Below, piece after piece: positions 52,402 through 64,000 of a stretch of 64,000 nt of DNA (positions are counted from its first letter, which is position 1; each line of letters opens with the position of its first letter). The stretch is from Sphyrna mokarran (Eukaryota). Location: the NCBI GenBank assembly GCA_024679065.1, contig JAGIQG010000015.1:73098001-73162000 (forward strand), given 5' to 3'. Both the position numbers and the translations under genes were made by a program. A model generated the notes under the pieces. The model did not search any database. It was given only the letters and a program-made list of their open reading frames with translations, and had not been told where the DNA came from.

Positions 52402-52595
52402 ATGAAATTTAGGGAAACAGGATCCATTAACTCTATGTAACATAGCCACTTGCAAGGTTGAAATTCAGCTCTTTCAGCATCTGAACTGTATTCCTTCCAG
52501 ACATACCCACTACCTATAGCATAAAGCTGAATTTTTAATACATTCTTCTGAAGCATTAAAAATACACACAATATGAGCATGATTTTAATCCCACA
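50891..52595. mobile_element. Two adjacent, oppositely oriented solo-LTR-like elements (about 50891-51578 and 51643-52595)
   Basis: TG...CA-like ends, AATAAA-type signals and opposite base skew. No TSD confirmed. Confidence 0.35.
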
Positions 52596-52877
52596 TTCTC
52601 CACTCGTGAGAATGATGGTGTGAGCTTAAATTCCAGAGTGCAATTCATACCAGAGAGTTTCTGAGTTCCAATCTTATCAGCCCTTATCAGTGGAGTAGCA
52701 TAATACATGCAGCAGGACTACGGAAAGCTCATTTTAATATATTAACATGACATTAGTGAGCACTGTCTCTACAACTTAACCAATATTCAGAGTTCCAGCA
52801 TGCTGTCATACCAGCACCATTTACAATAAGTTCACCAATTTGATTTGGTTTATTATTGTCACATGTGTTAACATATA

Positions 52878-53360
52878 GTGATTGCACTGGAGGGGATGCA
52901 GAGGAGATTTACCAGGGTGCTGCCTGGGATGGAACATTTAAGTTATGAAGAGAGGTTGCGTAGACTTGGGTTGTTTTCATTGGAGCAGAGAAGACTGAGG
53001 GGCGACCTAATCGAGGTGTACAAGATTTCGAGAGACATGGACAAAGTGGATAAGGAGCATCTGTTCTCCTGAGTTGAAGGGTCAGTCACGAGGGGACACA
53101 AGTTGTAAGTGTGGGGTGAGAGGTTTAAGGAAAAGGATATTTATCCAGAGTCAGTCTGGGATGCACTGCTTGGGAGGGCGGTAGATTCGGGTTGCCTCAC
53201 ACCCAGTAAAAATAATCTGGGTGAGTACTTAGCACATCATAACATCCAGGGCTGTGGGCCAAGTGTTGGCAGATGGGATTAGGTGGGACTTCAGGAGTTT
53301 CTAATGTGTCGGTACAGACTCAGTGGGCCAAAGGGCCTCTTCTGCCCTATGATTCTCTGC
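52878..53360 (+). mobile_element. CR1/HER1 LINE 3' fragment
   Basis: [48 protein letters not shown]. Confidence 0.9.
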
Positions 53361-53636
53361 CATCGTTGCAGCACCATGTTCCCATGTTGTTGTCTGTCCC
53401 TGCACCTCAGCTATCTTATTTACCACACCTCAAGCATTTGCATACTTGCCCATAGCCACAGTGCAGAAGGAAGCCATTCAGCCCATTGCACCAATCCTCC
53501 AAATGACTCCCTCCAAAGCCCTATACCATATCCCCGTAACCCCATACATTTACCATGATCAATCTGCCAAACTTGGACTTTTGTTTTAACCCAGTTCAGA
53601 AATCCCTAAATTTATATTGGAAATTTGAACCAAAAG

Positions 53637-53672
53637 CTGCAATGTCTCTTCAGGATCCAGCAGGGGGCAATG
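53637..53672 (+). promoter_or_regulatory. Candidate CTCF site with upstream motif
   Basis: CTGCAATGTC, a spacer, then CCAGCAGGGGGCAAT: a core plus a TGCAGT-like upstream module at plausible spacing. Confidence 0.5.
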
Positions 53673-53877
53673 TACACCACCAAAAAACATCTTAAAAGCT
53701 TCCTGTAAAATTTCCAGATGGAGAAGGTATTTTTAAGCCTCATAAAAAGCACAAAAACAGAGGCTGTTTGAACAATGAAATGGTCTCAGGCCTTTCAATA
53801 ACATTGCCTCATCATTTTTTCGTGAAGCTTTGTTAAATTCAAGTTGTACTGCTGCATTTGCTATCTTACAAAAACCA

Positions 53878-54183
53878 GAGAACCCTTACACTGCAGAAAG
53901 AGGCCATTCAGCCCATCGTGTCTGTCCCAACTCCCAGAAACAGTATTTACCCACTCAATCCCCACATTTATCATGGCCAATCCACCTGCACATCGTTGGA
54001 CAATAAAGGTTAACTTAGCACGGCCAATCCACCTAACCCACACATTTTTGGACTGTTGGAGGAAACCCATGTAAACACAAAGAGAATGCACAACCTCCAC
54101 ACAGACAATGACCCATGCTGGGAATTGAACTCAGGTCCCTGGTGCTGTGAGGCAGCAATGCTAACTACTGTGCCACAGTGCTC
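53878..54183 (-). mobile_element. HE1/V-type SINE
   Basis: Reverse-complement head, core and tail. Confidence 0.78.
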
Positions 54184-54339
54184 TCCCTCATTTGTGTCTG
54201 TTCCTTTTGTCCCTTTATTAAAGCTCTCTAATTTTTCTCCATCATCTTTTCAGGGCTGTTTGTTCTCATTTGGCCAATGAATTTTCAATCTGATTGTCGA
54301 TGCGAGAGGGAAAAAAGCTTGAGCCTTGGACACAATCTG

Positions 54340-54935
54340 TGGCGGCACAGCGGTTAGCTCTGCTGCCTCACAGCACTAGGGAGCCGGGTTCGGTCCCTGA
54401 TTTGGATCACTGTATGTGCAGAGTCTGCATGTTTTCCCTGTGCCTGTGTGGGTTTCCTCCAGGTACTCTGATTTCATCCCACAGTCTAAAAGATGTCAAA
54501 GTTTATTTATTAGTCACAAATAGGCTTACATTAACACTGCAATGAAGTTATTGTGAAAACCCCCAAGTCGCCACACTCTGGCGCCTGTTCAGATACACTG
54601 AGGGAGAATTTAGCATGGCCAATGCACGTAACCAGGACATCTTTAGACTGCGAGAGGAAACCCACACAGACACAGGTGGAACATGCAGACTCCACACAGA
54701 CAGTGACTCACTCCACACAGACAGTGACCCAAGCCAGGAATCGAACCCTGGTGCTCTGAGGCAGCAGTGCTAACCATTGTGCCACTGTGACACCCTACGT
54801 GAACTGCATTGGCCATGCTAAATTCTCCCTCAGTGTATCTAAACGGGAGCTAGAGTGCGGCAACTAGAGGATTTTCACAATAACTTCACTATGGTGTTAA
54901 TGTAAGCCTACTTGTGAGAGTAATAAATAAACCTT
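54340..54935. mobile_element. Type B V-SINE (+) with a nested type B V-SINE (-, about 54497-54797)
   Basis: The plus copy breaks at aaagatgt and resumes at tgcattggccatgctaaattctccctcag. Confidence 0.8.
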
Positions 54936-55454
54936 TTAATCTGTCTGCCTCTCTGCACTGATAACAGCTGGTGAGCTGTATTTATGAGATTGTGTAGCTC
55001 CGATGCATTTTGTCAGCCAGCAGTTTATTCGATTATCAGACTTGAAGTAACTGTTCTGCCTGGACTGTGACTTGCAGCAGATTGTAGTTCTCCATCAGTT
55101 CCAGCGCTTGGCATCTTGTGTGAAGAGCTTACGGGAGGAATTGATTCTTCTTAGGGATGAGCGCACCTTTCCGGAATTCCAAAGCTCCCTAACCGTGAAA
55201 ATCTTTACAAATAGTCTTGGGGAAGATTCCACTGGAACCCTGCTGCCAACACTTTGAGAGGTTTCAAACAACGTTTGAAACAAGCAATAGCTTAAACAAC
55301 AAACATTCTGCCTCAATTACTCGCCATGCTGAAATCCTGTTGTCATCTTCTGGGTTTAAAAAGTGTCAGCAATAGCTTGTCCGTGTGTAATGCTTTACTC
55401 ATACAACTGCAACTTGGCCTACAGTAGAAACAGCTGGTGAAAGTGACTCCAAAG

Positions 55455-56150
55455 AATTCTACAATACAGAAATAGGCCTTGCAGCCCATCGAGTCTGCAT
55501 GAATTCTCCAAAGAGCATCTTGTCCAGGCCCATTCCCCCACCTACCCTATTCCCATAACCCTATACTTTTACTATGAATAATCCACCTAACCTATACATC
55601 TAGGGACACTAAGAGGTAATTTAGCATGGCCAATCCACCTAATGTGCACATCTTTGGCCATGCTAAATTGCTCCTTAGTGTCCAAAGATGTGCAGGTTAA
55701 AAGTTTGGCCATGCTAAATTGCCCCTTAATATCCAAAGATTTGTAGGTTAGATGGATGGGCCATGCTAAATTGCTCCTTAGTGTCCAAAGATGTGCAGGT
55801 TAAAAGTTTGGCCATGCTAAATTGCCCCTTAATATCCAAAGATTTGTAGGTTAGATGGATGGGCCATGCTAAATTGCTCCTTAGTGTCCAAAGATGTGCA
55901 GGTTAAAAGTTTGGCCATGCCAAATTGCCCCTAAGTGTCCAAAGATTTGCAAGTTACGTGGATTGGCCATGCTAAATTGCTCCTTAGTGTCCAGTCAACC
56001 AAACCTGCACATCCTTTGGACTATGGGAGAAACTGAGCACCTGGAGGAAATCCATGCAGACACAGGGAGAACATGCAAACTCCACATAGACAGTGATCCA
56101 AGCTCAGAATCAAACCTCGTGCTGTGAGGCAGCAGTGCTAACCTCTGTGT
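55455..56150 (-). mobile_element. HE1 SINE containing an inverted tandem array
   Basis: Tail at 55455-55655, head and core at 55995-56150, array in between. Confidence 0.75.
55656..55992 (+). repeat. Tandem array of 51/52-bp SINE-derived units (about 6.5 copies, 103-bp higher-order dimer)
   Basis: Units start ggccatgc at 55656, 55707, 55759, 55810, 55862, 55913 and 55965. Confidence 0.92.
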
Positions 56151-56639
56151 CACCATAGAACCATTACAGCACAGTAGGAGACCATTCAGTCCTTCTTGTC
56201 CATGCCAGCCTGAGGACAACCAAGTGATCTTTCTAATCCCTCTGGCCCATAGCCATGCAACTTACAGCACTTAAGGCACAAATCCAGGTACTTGTTAGAA
56301 GAGTTGCTTACACCAACTCAGGCAGTGAATTCCAAATCCTTGTTCTGTGCGAGGAAACCAGAGCACCCGGAGGAATCACACTCAGATATGGGTAGTACAT
56401 GCAAACTCCACACAGACAGCGATCCAAGCCAGGAATCGAACCTGGGTCCCCGGAGCTGTGAGGCAGCAGTGCTAACCACTGTGCTGCCCACAACATTTGG
56501 TTCACAAATTTGTCAATCTACCATAGCTTGAGTGGAAATGCATTCTGCATCTCGGACACTTCCAGTATGGTGCATAAACATTCGATTGCCTCTTTAAGAG
56601 GCATTTTGGTGAATCCAACAAAAAAGTGCTTTATATATA

Positions 56640-57125
56640 TTTTTTGATTTGATTTACTTTATTATTGTCACATGTATTGGCATACAGTGAAAAGTATTGT
56701 TTCTTGCGTGCTACACAGACAAAGCATACCATTCATAGACAAGGAAACACGAGAATGAAGAATATAGTGTTACATAGCTGAGGAATAGAGAAAGATCAAC
56801 TTAATGTGAGGTAGGTCCATTCAAAGGTCTGACAGCAGCAGGGAAGAAGCTGTTCTTGAGTCGGTTGGTATGTGTCCTCTGAATTTTGTATCCTTTTCCC
56901 GATGGAAGAAAGTGGAAGAGAGAATGTCCGGGGTACGTGGGGTCCTTGATTATACTAGCTGCTTTGCTGAGGCAGCAGGAAATGTAGACAGAGTCAGTGG
57001 TTTACGTTATGGATTGGGCTACATTCACGAATTTAGTTGTTTCTTGCGACCTTGGGCAGAGCAGGAGCCAAACCAAGCTGTGATTCAACCAGAAAGAATG
57101 CTTTCTGTGGTGTATCTGTAAAAGT
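56640..57125 (-). mobile_element. Rex1/Babar-like LINE 3' fragment
   Basis: Homologous to 2430-3030. Confidence 0.7.
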
Positions 57126-57819
57126 TCCATGTAATCATGTATTTTTCTAGATCATTTTATGCTGACGAACACTGTTATTTAATGTATCTGTTACTGCAGA
57201 ATGCAAACGCACAAATATATTTATACTTAAATGGCCAAGACAGCTGAAGAATTTGCTCTGCTGCACATAGTGACTGCGAAACCGTGTATTAATTAGCTAA
57301 CCAATATTTATTAATAAACCTGTGGTAACAGACTTATAATTAGCACTCCTTCAGCGTAAATGTCAACTTGATGCTGTCTTCTCCACTGGTAACTGCTTCC
57401 TTCACAAATGGAATCAAACCATCTCGTAAAGCTAATACTATTGTCATTTTCACATATAATGCCTGCAATTTCACATTCAGAATCAGACCTATAATTTAGC
57501 TGCATGCTATATGTCTGAAAAAAATCATAAAATGTTCAGAATTGCTTTTCATGTAATTCCTTTCTGCATCAGAGAATGCGTATTAGATATAGACAAGTGT
57601 TTATAAGCCTACAAGTCACATTAAAGAAAAAAATTTCTGAGTGATTACAAGCTAGTCATCTACGATTAGACTTTGAATCCGTTCACTTCTGCTGTCCTGA
57701 TCTGATTTGATTACATTTCAGTTATGTGTTGCTCCTACTTCTCTGAAGGAAATATTAATACTTACACTAGAAGGTTAAATCCATTATCAAGTCAATACAA
57801 AATGTAAGCATTTGATTAT

Positions 57820-58160
57820 TGGGCGGCACGGTGACACACGGTTAGCTGTCTCACAGCGCCAGGTACCCGGATTTCATTCAGGCTGCCTGTGTGGAGTCTG
57901 CATGTTCTCCCCATGTCTGCATGGGTTCCCACTGGGTGCTCCGGTTTCCTCCCACAGTCCAAAGATGTGCGGGTTACATGGATTGGTCATGCTAAATTGC
58001 TCCTGAGTGTCCAAAGATGTGCAGGTTAGGCGAATTGGCCATGCTAAATTATTCTTTAGTGTCCAAAAATGTTTAGATTTGGGGTTGGCCATGCTAAATT
58101 GACCCTTAGTGTTCAAAGATGTGCAGGTTAGGGGGATTAGAAATGGTAAATACACAGAGC
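57820..58160 (+). mobile_element. HE1/V-type SINE with about 3.5 internal 52-bp repeats
   Basis: Head gggcggcacggtg and repeated ggccatgctaaatt...tccaaagatgtgcaggtta units. Confidence 0.8.
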
Positions 58161-58544
58161 TACAGAAAGATAGTGAGAGAGCAAGGCTGCAGTCAGGAGC
58201 TGGGTAGGAGAGGAAGCTGAAAGCAACCAGGTGAGTGGTTCCATTCAGGAACAGAGGCATGAAATAAGACAGTAAATGGACTGTTTCCTGGAGTTACACA
58301 TTGCTTGGTGCTAATGGAATGATCAAACATTGTTTTAAAGCCTTTGCACTGTCCGTGTGCTGAGATCACACATTACATCTACCTTTCTCAGGAATTTTGC
58401 CAATCTGCCATTTTGTTTTGGTGCATTGACACCATTTGTATCTGAAAATGGCTCCTATCACTTTCTCCTTTTTATTTGCTTGTCTTGTACATTGAATTTC
58501 TATTGACTCAAGGACCTTATAGCATTTCCTTAAATTTTTCACTT

Positions 58545-59285
58545 TTTTGATTTGATTTATTATTGCCATATGTATTGGGACACAGTGAAAATTATTGTTT
58601 TTGTGCCATTTGTACACTAGATAGAGAAGAAAGGAGAGGATCCAAAATGTAGGGTTACAGTCATAGCTGGGGTGTAGAAAAAGATCAGCTTAATACAAGG
58701 TAGATCCATTCAAAGCTCTAATAACAGCAGGGAGGAATCTGTTCTTGAGTCGGTTAGTATGTGACTTTAGACTTTTGTATCCTTTTCTCGGCGGAAGAAT
58801 GTGCAAGAAAGTAGATGGGATTTTACAGCCTTGCTTGGCCCAAAACTGTAAAATATCGTCCAACGTCAACGGATCTTTCCACGGACTATCCCTCGCCCAC
58901 TCCAATTGCTGTGGCAGATGGGGCAGTAAAACTCTGGCCAGTATGTCTGAGGTGCGTGAGGTACTTGATTATGCTGGCTGCTTTTCCAAAGCAGCAGGAA
59001 GTGTAGATGGAGTCAATGGATGGAAGGGGTCTTGGATTGACAAGGAGCTACACCAAGCTATCCTTTCTGTAGTGCATCAGTAAAAATTGGTGAGAATTGT
59101 AGCGGACATGCCAAATTTCCTTAGTCTTCTGTGAAAGTAGAGGCATTGATGTGTTTTCTTACCTGTAGTGTTGGCATAGAGCGACCAGGACAGGTTGTTG
59201 GTGATCTGGACGCATAGAATCTTGAAGCTCTCGTCCATCCCTGGTGATGGGAACAGGAGCATGTCCTCCAGTACGCTTCCTCAAG
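58545..59285 (-). mobile_element. Rex1/Babar-like LINE fragment with a MITE-like insert (about 58813-58939)
   Basis: SFKILCVQITNNLSWSLYANTTGKKTHQCLYFHRRLRKFGMSATILTNFY. Confidence 0.75.
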
Positions 59286-60169
59286 TTGGACTTAAAAACT
59301 CACCGATAAATTCACTATTGTTGATTGTTGTAACAACCCTCTAATATCCTTTAGGGAAGGAAACCTGCCGTCCTTACTGAGTCTAGTCTACATGTGACAG
59401 CAATGTTGTTAACTCTCAAGTGGCGTCTGAACAGGGGCAACTAGGGATGGACAATAAAAGCTGGCCAGCCAGAGACAGCCATGCGCCCCGAATGAATTAA
59501 AAAAGATTTCATGAACTAATTTGAATGGCCATGACAATCATAAAACTCTTCTGGTTCACCAATGTCCTTTGGGGAAGGAAATCTGCCATTCTTACCTAGT
59601 CTGGCCTACACGTGGCTCCAAATCCACAGCAATAGCTGAGCAAGCCATTCGGTATAAGGGCAATTAGGGATGGGCAATAAACGTTGGTGATACCCACATC
59701 CTATAAATAAATAAAGAGCTTCTGGTGCTGTAATCATATGTTTTCACAGTGTTAAGTTCTTTAGCAGGAGATGGCTGAAGTTGAATGAACTAAGTTGGTG
59801 ATATCTGTGCCCATCTCCAGCCTTTCACATATTCTATCAGATGTGAAACGTTCTCGCTGGAGCAGGGAGGTTTTGATCTGTTACTAACAGTGGGCTGTGA
59901 ATTCTGGACTGAATTGACAATCTCCTTTGAAGCAGAGTTGACGGCTCCATGACCTGATCTGAAACTCAAACGTTACCAACTGGGGTTTTCAATGAATGCT
60001 GCGCTGTCCATTGTCTGAAGTCTCCTTCAGCTGTTGGAGAATGCAATTTGTAGATAATAGATTGTCGATAACATCACATCGGTGTTGGAGCATTGATATT
60101 CAAAACTGCACAGATGTAAAAATGGAATTATGGCAGATACCTTGATGAGGCAATATTCTTAATTATTTT

Positions 60170-60970
60170 CCCCGGACATATTCTCTTCCACCTTCTTCCA
60201 TCGGGACAAAGGTATAGAAGTCTGAGGTCATATACCAACCAACTCAAGAACTGCTTCTTCCCTGCTGCCATCAGAGTTTTGAATAGAAGCAAAGAAACTA
60301 AAAACAGGAGTAGGCCATTTGGCCCTTCAAGCCTGTTCCACTGTTCATTTTGATCATAGTCAATCATCAAATTCAATACCCTGATTCCCTCTTCCTGCCA
60401 CATCCCTCCATCCCTTTCGTTCCAAGAGCTACGTCTAATTTCTTCTTGAAATCAGACAATATATTGGCCTAAACTATTAGCTGTGATAGTGACTTCTACA
60501 GATTCACCACCCTCTGGGTGAAGAAATTTCTCCTCACCTCAATTCTAAAAGGTTTGCCCCTTATCCTCAAACTATTACCCTTAGTTCTGAACGCCCCCAC
60601 CATTGGGAACATTCTCTCTGAATCTACCCTGTCTAACCCTGTTAGAATTTTATAAGTTTCTATGAGATCCTCTCTCACTGTTCTAAACTCCAGTGAATAT
60701 AACGCTAACCGACTTAGTGTCTCCTCATGTGATCCCAGGGATCAGCTTGGTAAACTTTCGCTGCACTTCCTCTAAAGTAAGGATATCCTTGCAACTTATT
60801 TTAAGTTGATCTTTCTCTGCACCCGAGCTATGACTGTAACACTACATTCTGCGCTCACTCCTGCCCTTCTCTATGAACGGAATGCTTTGTCTGTATAACG
60901 CGCAAGAAGCAATACTTTTCACCGTGTACCAACACATGTGACAATAATAAATCAAATCAAAATAAAATAA
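60170..60970. mobile_element. Rex1-like 3' end (+) with a nested CR1 fragment (-, about 60287-60790)
   Basis: The Rex1-like UTR is split around the CR1 peptide REDLIETYKILTGLDRVDSERMFP. Confidence 0.75.
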
Positions 60971-61747
60971 AGATGTGCATGAAACATATGCATGCATCGC
61001 TAAGCATTGCAATTTAATCTGGGCACTTAAATCTCCTCATTTAGGATCTGTGGTCACACATTAGTTTCAGATCGGACTTGCACTCTGAGTTTGGTAAAAG
61101 AAGTAGGGAACTTTCACTTTTCAGCTGGTATTTTATGACCTTGCTTGGGTGAGGTTCATACAATCCAGTCTGAAGCCAATGGAGAATTCGTTCTTCGAGC
61201 CGTTTGGGGCAGATATGGTGGTAAAATTCCTGTATTCAAGTTGTTCCAGAATAAGACTTCATGCAGCTTCAGGTCCACAAACTGCAGTGAGGTAAATGAT
61301 CCAATTTGGTGATGTTAGTCAAAGGATGAATAGCTTCCAGTATGTCCTTGAACTTCCCATTCCCTTCCTCTAATGATGGATTGACATCCTTAATGGAATT
61401 CTGAAGGAGAAATGGGACTTTGGTTTAATGTATATCCAATAGGTGACATATCTAATTCCTTCAGTATCACATGGGAGAAATGGCCAAGATATATGCACTC
61501 TGGGATGTTTCCTGAAGCCGCACCTTGTGATCAGGGGAATGCAAGTGTTGGACTAAGACTGATAGCCATGGCAGGTTTCCATTTTCTCATTCATTTGTAA
61601 GATATGGGCGTTGCTGGCCAGCACTTATTACCGTCTCTAGTGGTCCTTGACTGGGCCATTTGAGAGGCAGTTGCAAATTAATCACATCACTATGAGTTTG
61701 GAGTCACACGTACGTCAGACCAGATTTCCTCCCCTAAAGAACATTGG

Positions 61748-62180
61748 AGGTGGCACTGCTGCCTCACAGCACCAAGGACCTGGGTTTGATCATTGTCTGT
61801 GTGGAATTTGCATATTCTCTGCATAGATTTCCTCCCACACTCCAAAGATATACTGGTCAGATGCATTGGCTGTGCTAAATTCTCCCTCAATGTATCCGAA
61901 CAGGGCTGAAGTATGGCGACTAGAGGATTTTCACAGTGTCATCATTGCAAAGTTAATGTAAGCTTACTTGTGACAATAATTAATATCAGAACAGTACAGG
62001 ACCTTGATGTCATGCTGAGTATAAACTTGTAGCGTGTAAGGTGTAGAGAAAGATCAACTTAGTGTGAGGTAGTTCCATTCAGAAGTCTGACAGCAGCAGG
62101 GAAGAAGCTGTTTTTGAGTCGGTTGGTTTCAGACTTTTGTATCTTTCTCCCGACAGAAGAAGGTGGAAGAGAGAATGTCT
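61748..62180. mobile_element. Type B V-SINE (+) followed by a Rex1-like fragment (-)
   Basis: Recognisable SINE core and tail, then Rex1-like UTR. Confidence 0.65.
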
Positions 62181-62262
62181 GCCAATGGTTGTGGTAAAAG
62201 TGGGAGAGACTCCTGGTCAGCTATAATTGATTTGGAATGGCGTGCTTCCAGCTATCCACCAA

Positions 62263-62289
62263 CCCGCCCCCCCCCCCCCCCCCCCCCCC
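62263..62289. repeat. Poly-C run
   Basis: About 23 consecutive C; homopolymer length may be unreliable. Confidence 0.8.
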
Positions 62290-63059
62290 CATCCTCAGTG
62301 ACGGACTATGAGCTATTTCAGAAATTCTGGCTATGGAAGCAAAACGGACCAAAGTCTACCTTAGCGTGCTGCTATGTGCAGGAAGGGAATGGAATTGCGA
62401 AACAAAATGGTGATCCTCGTATTTTTATTAAAATTATTGACAAGAAGGTTTCTTGCATGGCTTCTCTGGTTTATAAATGTGACCTGATGTGTGTAACTAA
62501 TTCTGCTTCAGATGTGACACCCATGTGACGTATTCCTCAGAAAGGCCATAGCAATGGAATGATTTTGGAAACTGAACTGCAAACATTGTAATCAGTGAGT
62601 TTGATGGATGTTCACACTGTCAGACATCGTGGCAATGAGGTTAACTTGGTAATTCCAATGCTCTGTGTGGCATCAACCCCACGAACTAACAACTAACAGT
62701 GCCTTAAACCTAGCTGAGAACTCGGAAAATGCCAGAATGAAATAGTGAATCCATACTACGGAATAGTTACTTCTGTTCAGAGTTGCACCCAATCACTAAT
62801 TTGAGAGATTTACACTGGATCTCCTAATTGCCCCATTATCCCTGACAACCTTGTGTGCTTTAAAGCAGCACAGCTTTCTCCCCATCCACCTCGCCATCTA
62901 ATTCCTCGGCTATCTTTTTATCAATTCATTTCTTAAATGAGAAAGCAGCATGCACAAATGGTGCAAACACATGCATAATATTGAGTGAAAATAAAATGAG
63001 GACTATAGACCTGGCCAGCAGTACAAATAAGAAAGTAATATTCATTTAAGGTGTGGCGT

Positions 63060-63230
63060 TGGACTGGGCTGGGCACAGTAAGATGTCTCACTACACCAGG
63101 TTAAAGTCCAATAGGTTTACTTAGAATCATGAGCTTTTGGAGCGTTGTTCCTTTGTCAGGCAAGTGGGCCACTCACCTTAGGAAGGAACAGTGCTCTGAA
63201 ATCTCGTGATTCCAAATTAACCTGTGGAAA
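63060..63230. mobile_element. Second Penelope-like terminus family, inverted, with decayed hammerhead cores
   Basis: Arms at 63107-63160 and 63176-63228. Related pieces at about 29465-29550 and 42505-42590. Confidence 0.55.
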
Positions 63231-64000
63231 TTGTGATGACTTCAGCCAGCCTAATGAGGTTGGCTTGCTAGAGTACAAACTACCAGGTGAATCTTATTGA
63301 TCTCAACAATCACTTTTTGATTTGCTGTTTTAAGTTTCCTTTGTGGTTTGGTTTTTAGTTTGGGCTGTTCCCCCTTCTTTTGGGGAGCTGCTCCTTTTAA
63401 TTTGTCCTTCAGTTAATTTGATTTATTTAATTTCTTGGTACCCAGAAAGGGGTACCTGATGAACCTTGGAAATAAAGGAACTTGGTGATGGGACTTTTGC
63501 CTGGTGTTGTGACACTTACGGTATTCATTTAAGTTCACAAGTTGAATCCAGATCTCTTTCAACTTGATCCTTTACTATCTTAGCGAGTTAATGGCAAGTT
63601 TTCATTCACTCTTTTTATCATCCGGTGTAAATCCACATTTCATTACCTTAAATTTATTGATATTAAAGTCTGTCCATCTCTACCTCAACTATTGCATTAT
63701 TTCTTCTTACCCAAATCCTTCCCTCGAACCTCACTTACTTCTTTAATTGGTTTGACGTACCATTACTGATCACGTCTGAATTGAACCAATGTGCAAACTA
63801 TTCCTTAAAATGGACTCACTACTTTATTCTAGCATTTTCCAAGTTGAGTTGTGAACCAGGTTTAAGCTAATGTTAGCTGTCAGTCTGTGATGTAGATGTC
63901 ATATACCACACAGATCATAGGAATTACCAAGCTAACCTTGTTGCCGTGACACCTGACAGTGTGAACACCCCTTGAACACATTGATTACAACGTTTGCAGT

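Noticed and set aside
55261-55281. 9-bp perfect inverted repeat gtttcaaac-aac-gtttgaaac
   Set aside because: It is too short to interpret alone.
55656-55992. Regular repeats as a CRISPR array
   Set aside because: There are no unique spacers, the units are SINE-internal sequence, and the context is eukaryotic.
59979-60032. Possible minus-strand exon (AEGDFRQWTAQHSLKTPV) and a nearby hairpin at about 59815-59862
   Set aside because: The donor is weak, no homology or partner exons are recognised, and the hairpin stems are short enough to arise by chance.
830-61985. tRNA-like A and B boxes (ggttcgattcc and similar) as tRNA genes
   Set aside because: They are SINE heads that continue into V-core sequence, and no complete cloverleaf is seen.

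Overview
Vertebrate genomic DNA, most likely a shark: it is dense in HE1/V-type tRNA-derived SINEs and in CR1/HER1, Rex1-like, RTE and Penelope-like fragments. Two genes converge tail to tail. On the + strand are the last three coding exons of FNTB, the farnesyltransferase beta subunit (252-363, 3179-3293, 5296-5400). On the - strand is a complete MAX gene, whose five coding exons (36774-36809, 36367-36393, 32200-32307, 23474-23597, 19608-19795) give 160 aa, with a CpG-island promoter at about 36.7-37.9 kb. From 38 to 64 kb I could not recognise any host coding exon; that part is repeat-rich. The main observations worth a second look are a degenerate five-unit ETS/ZNF143 array upstream of MAX, a candidate 5'-UTR intron and candidate truncating exons in MAX intron 4, minimal hammerhead-ribozyme motifs in Penelope-like termini, several local templated duplications (one inverted), a SINE-derived higher-order tandem array, and a possible SINE tail switch to a Rex1-like partner. 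I found no clearly new multi-gene system. Repeat boundaries were read by eye and are approximate, and family names come from recognition, not from database searches.
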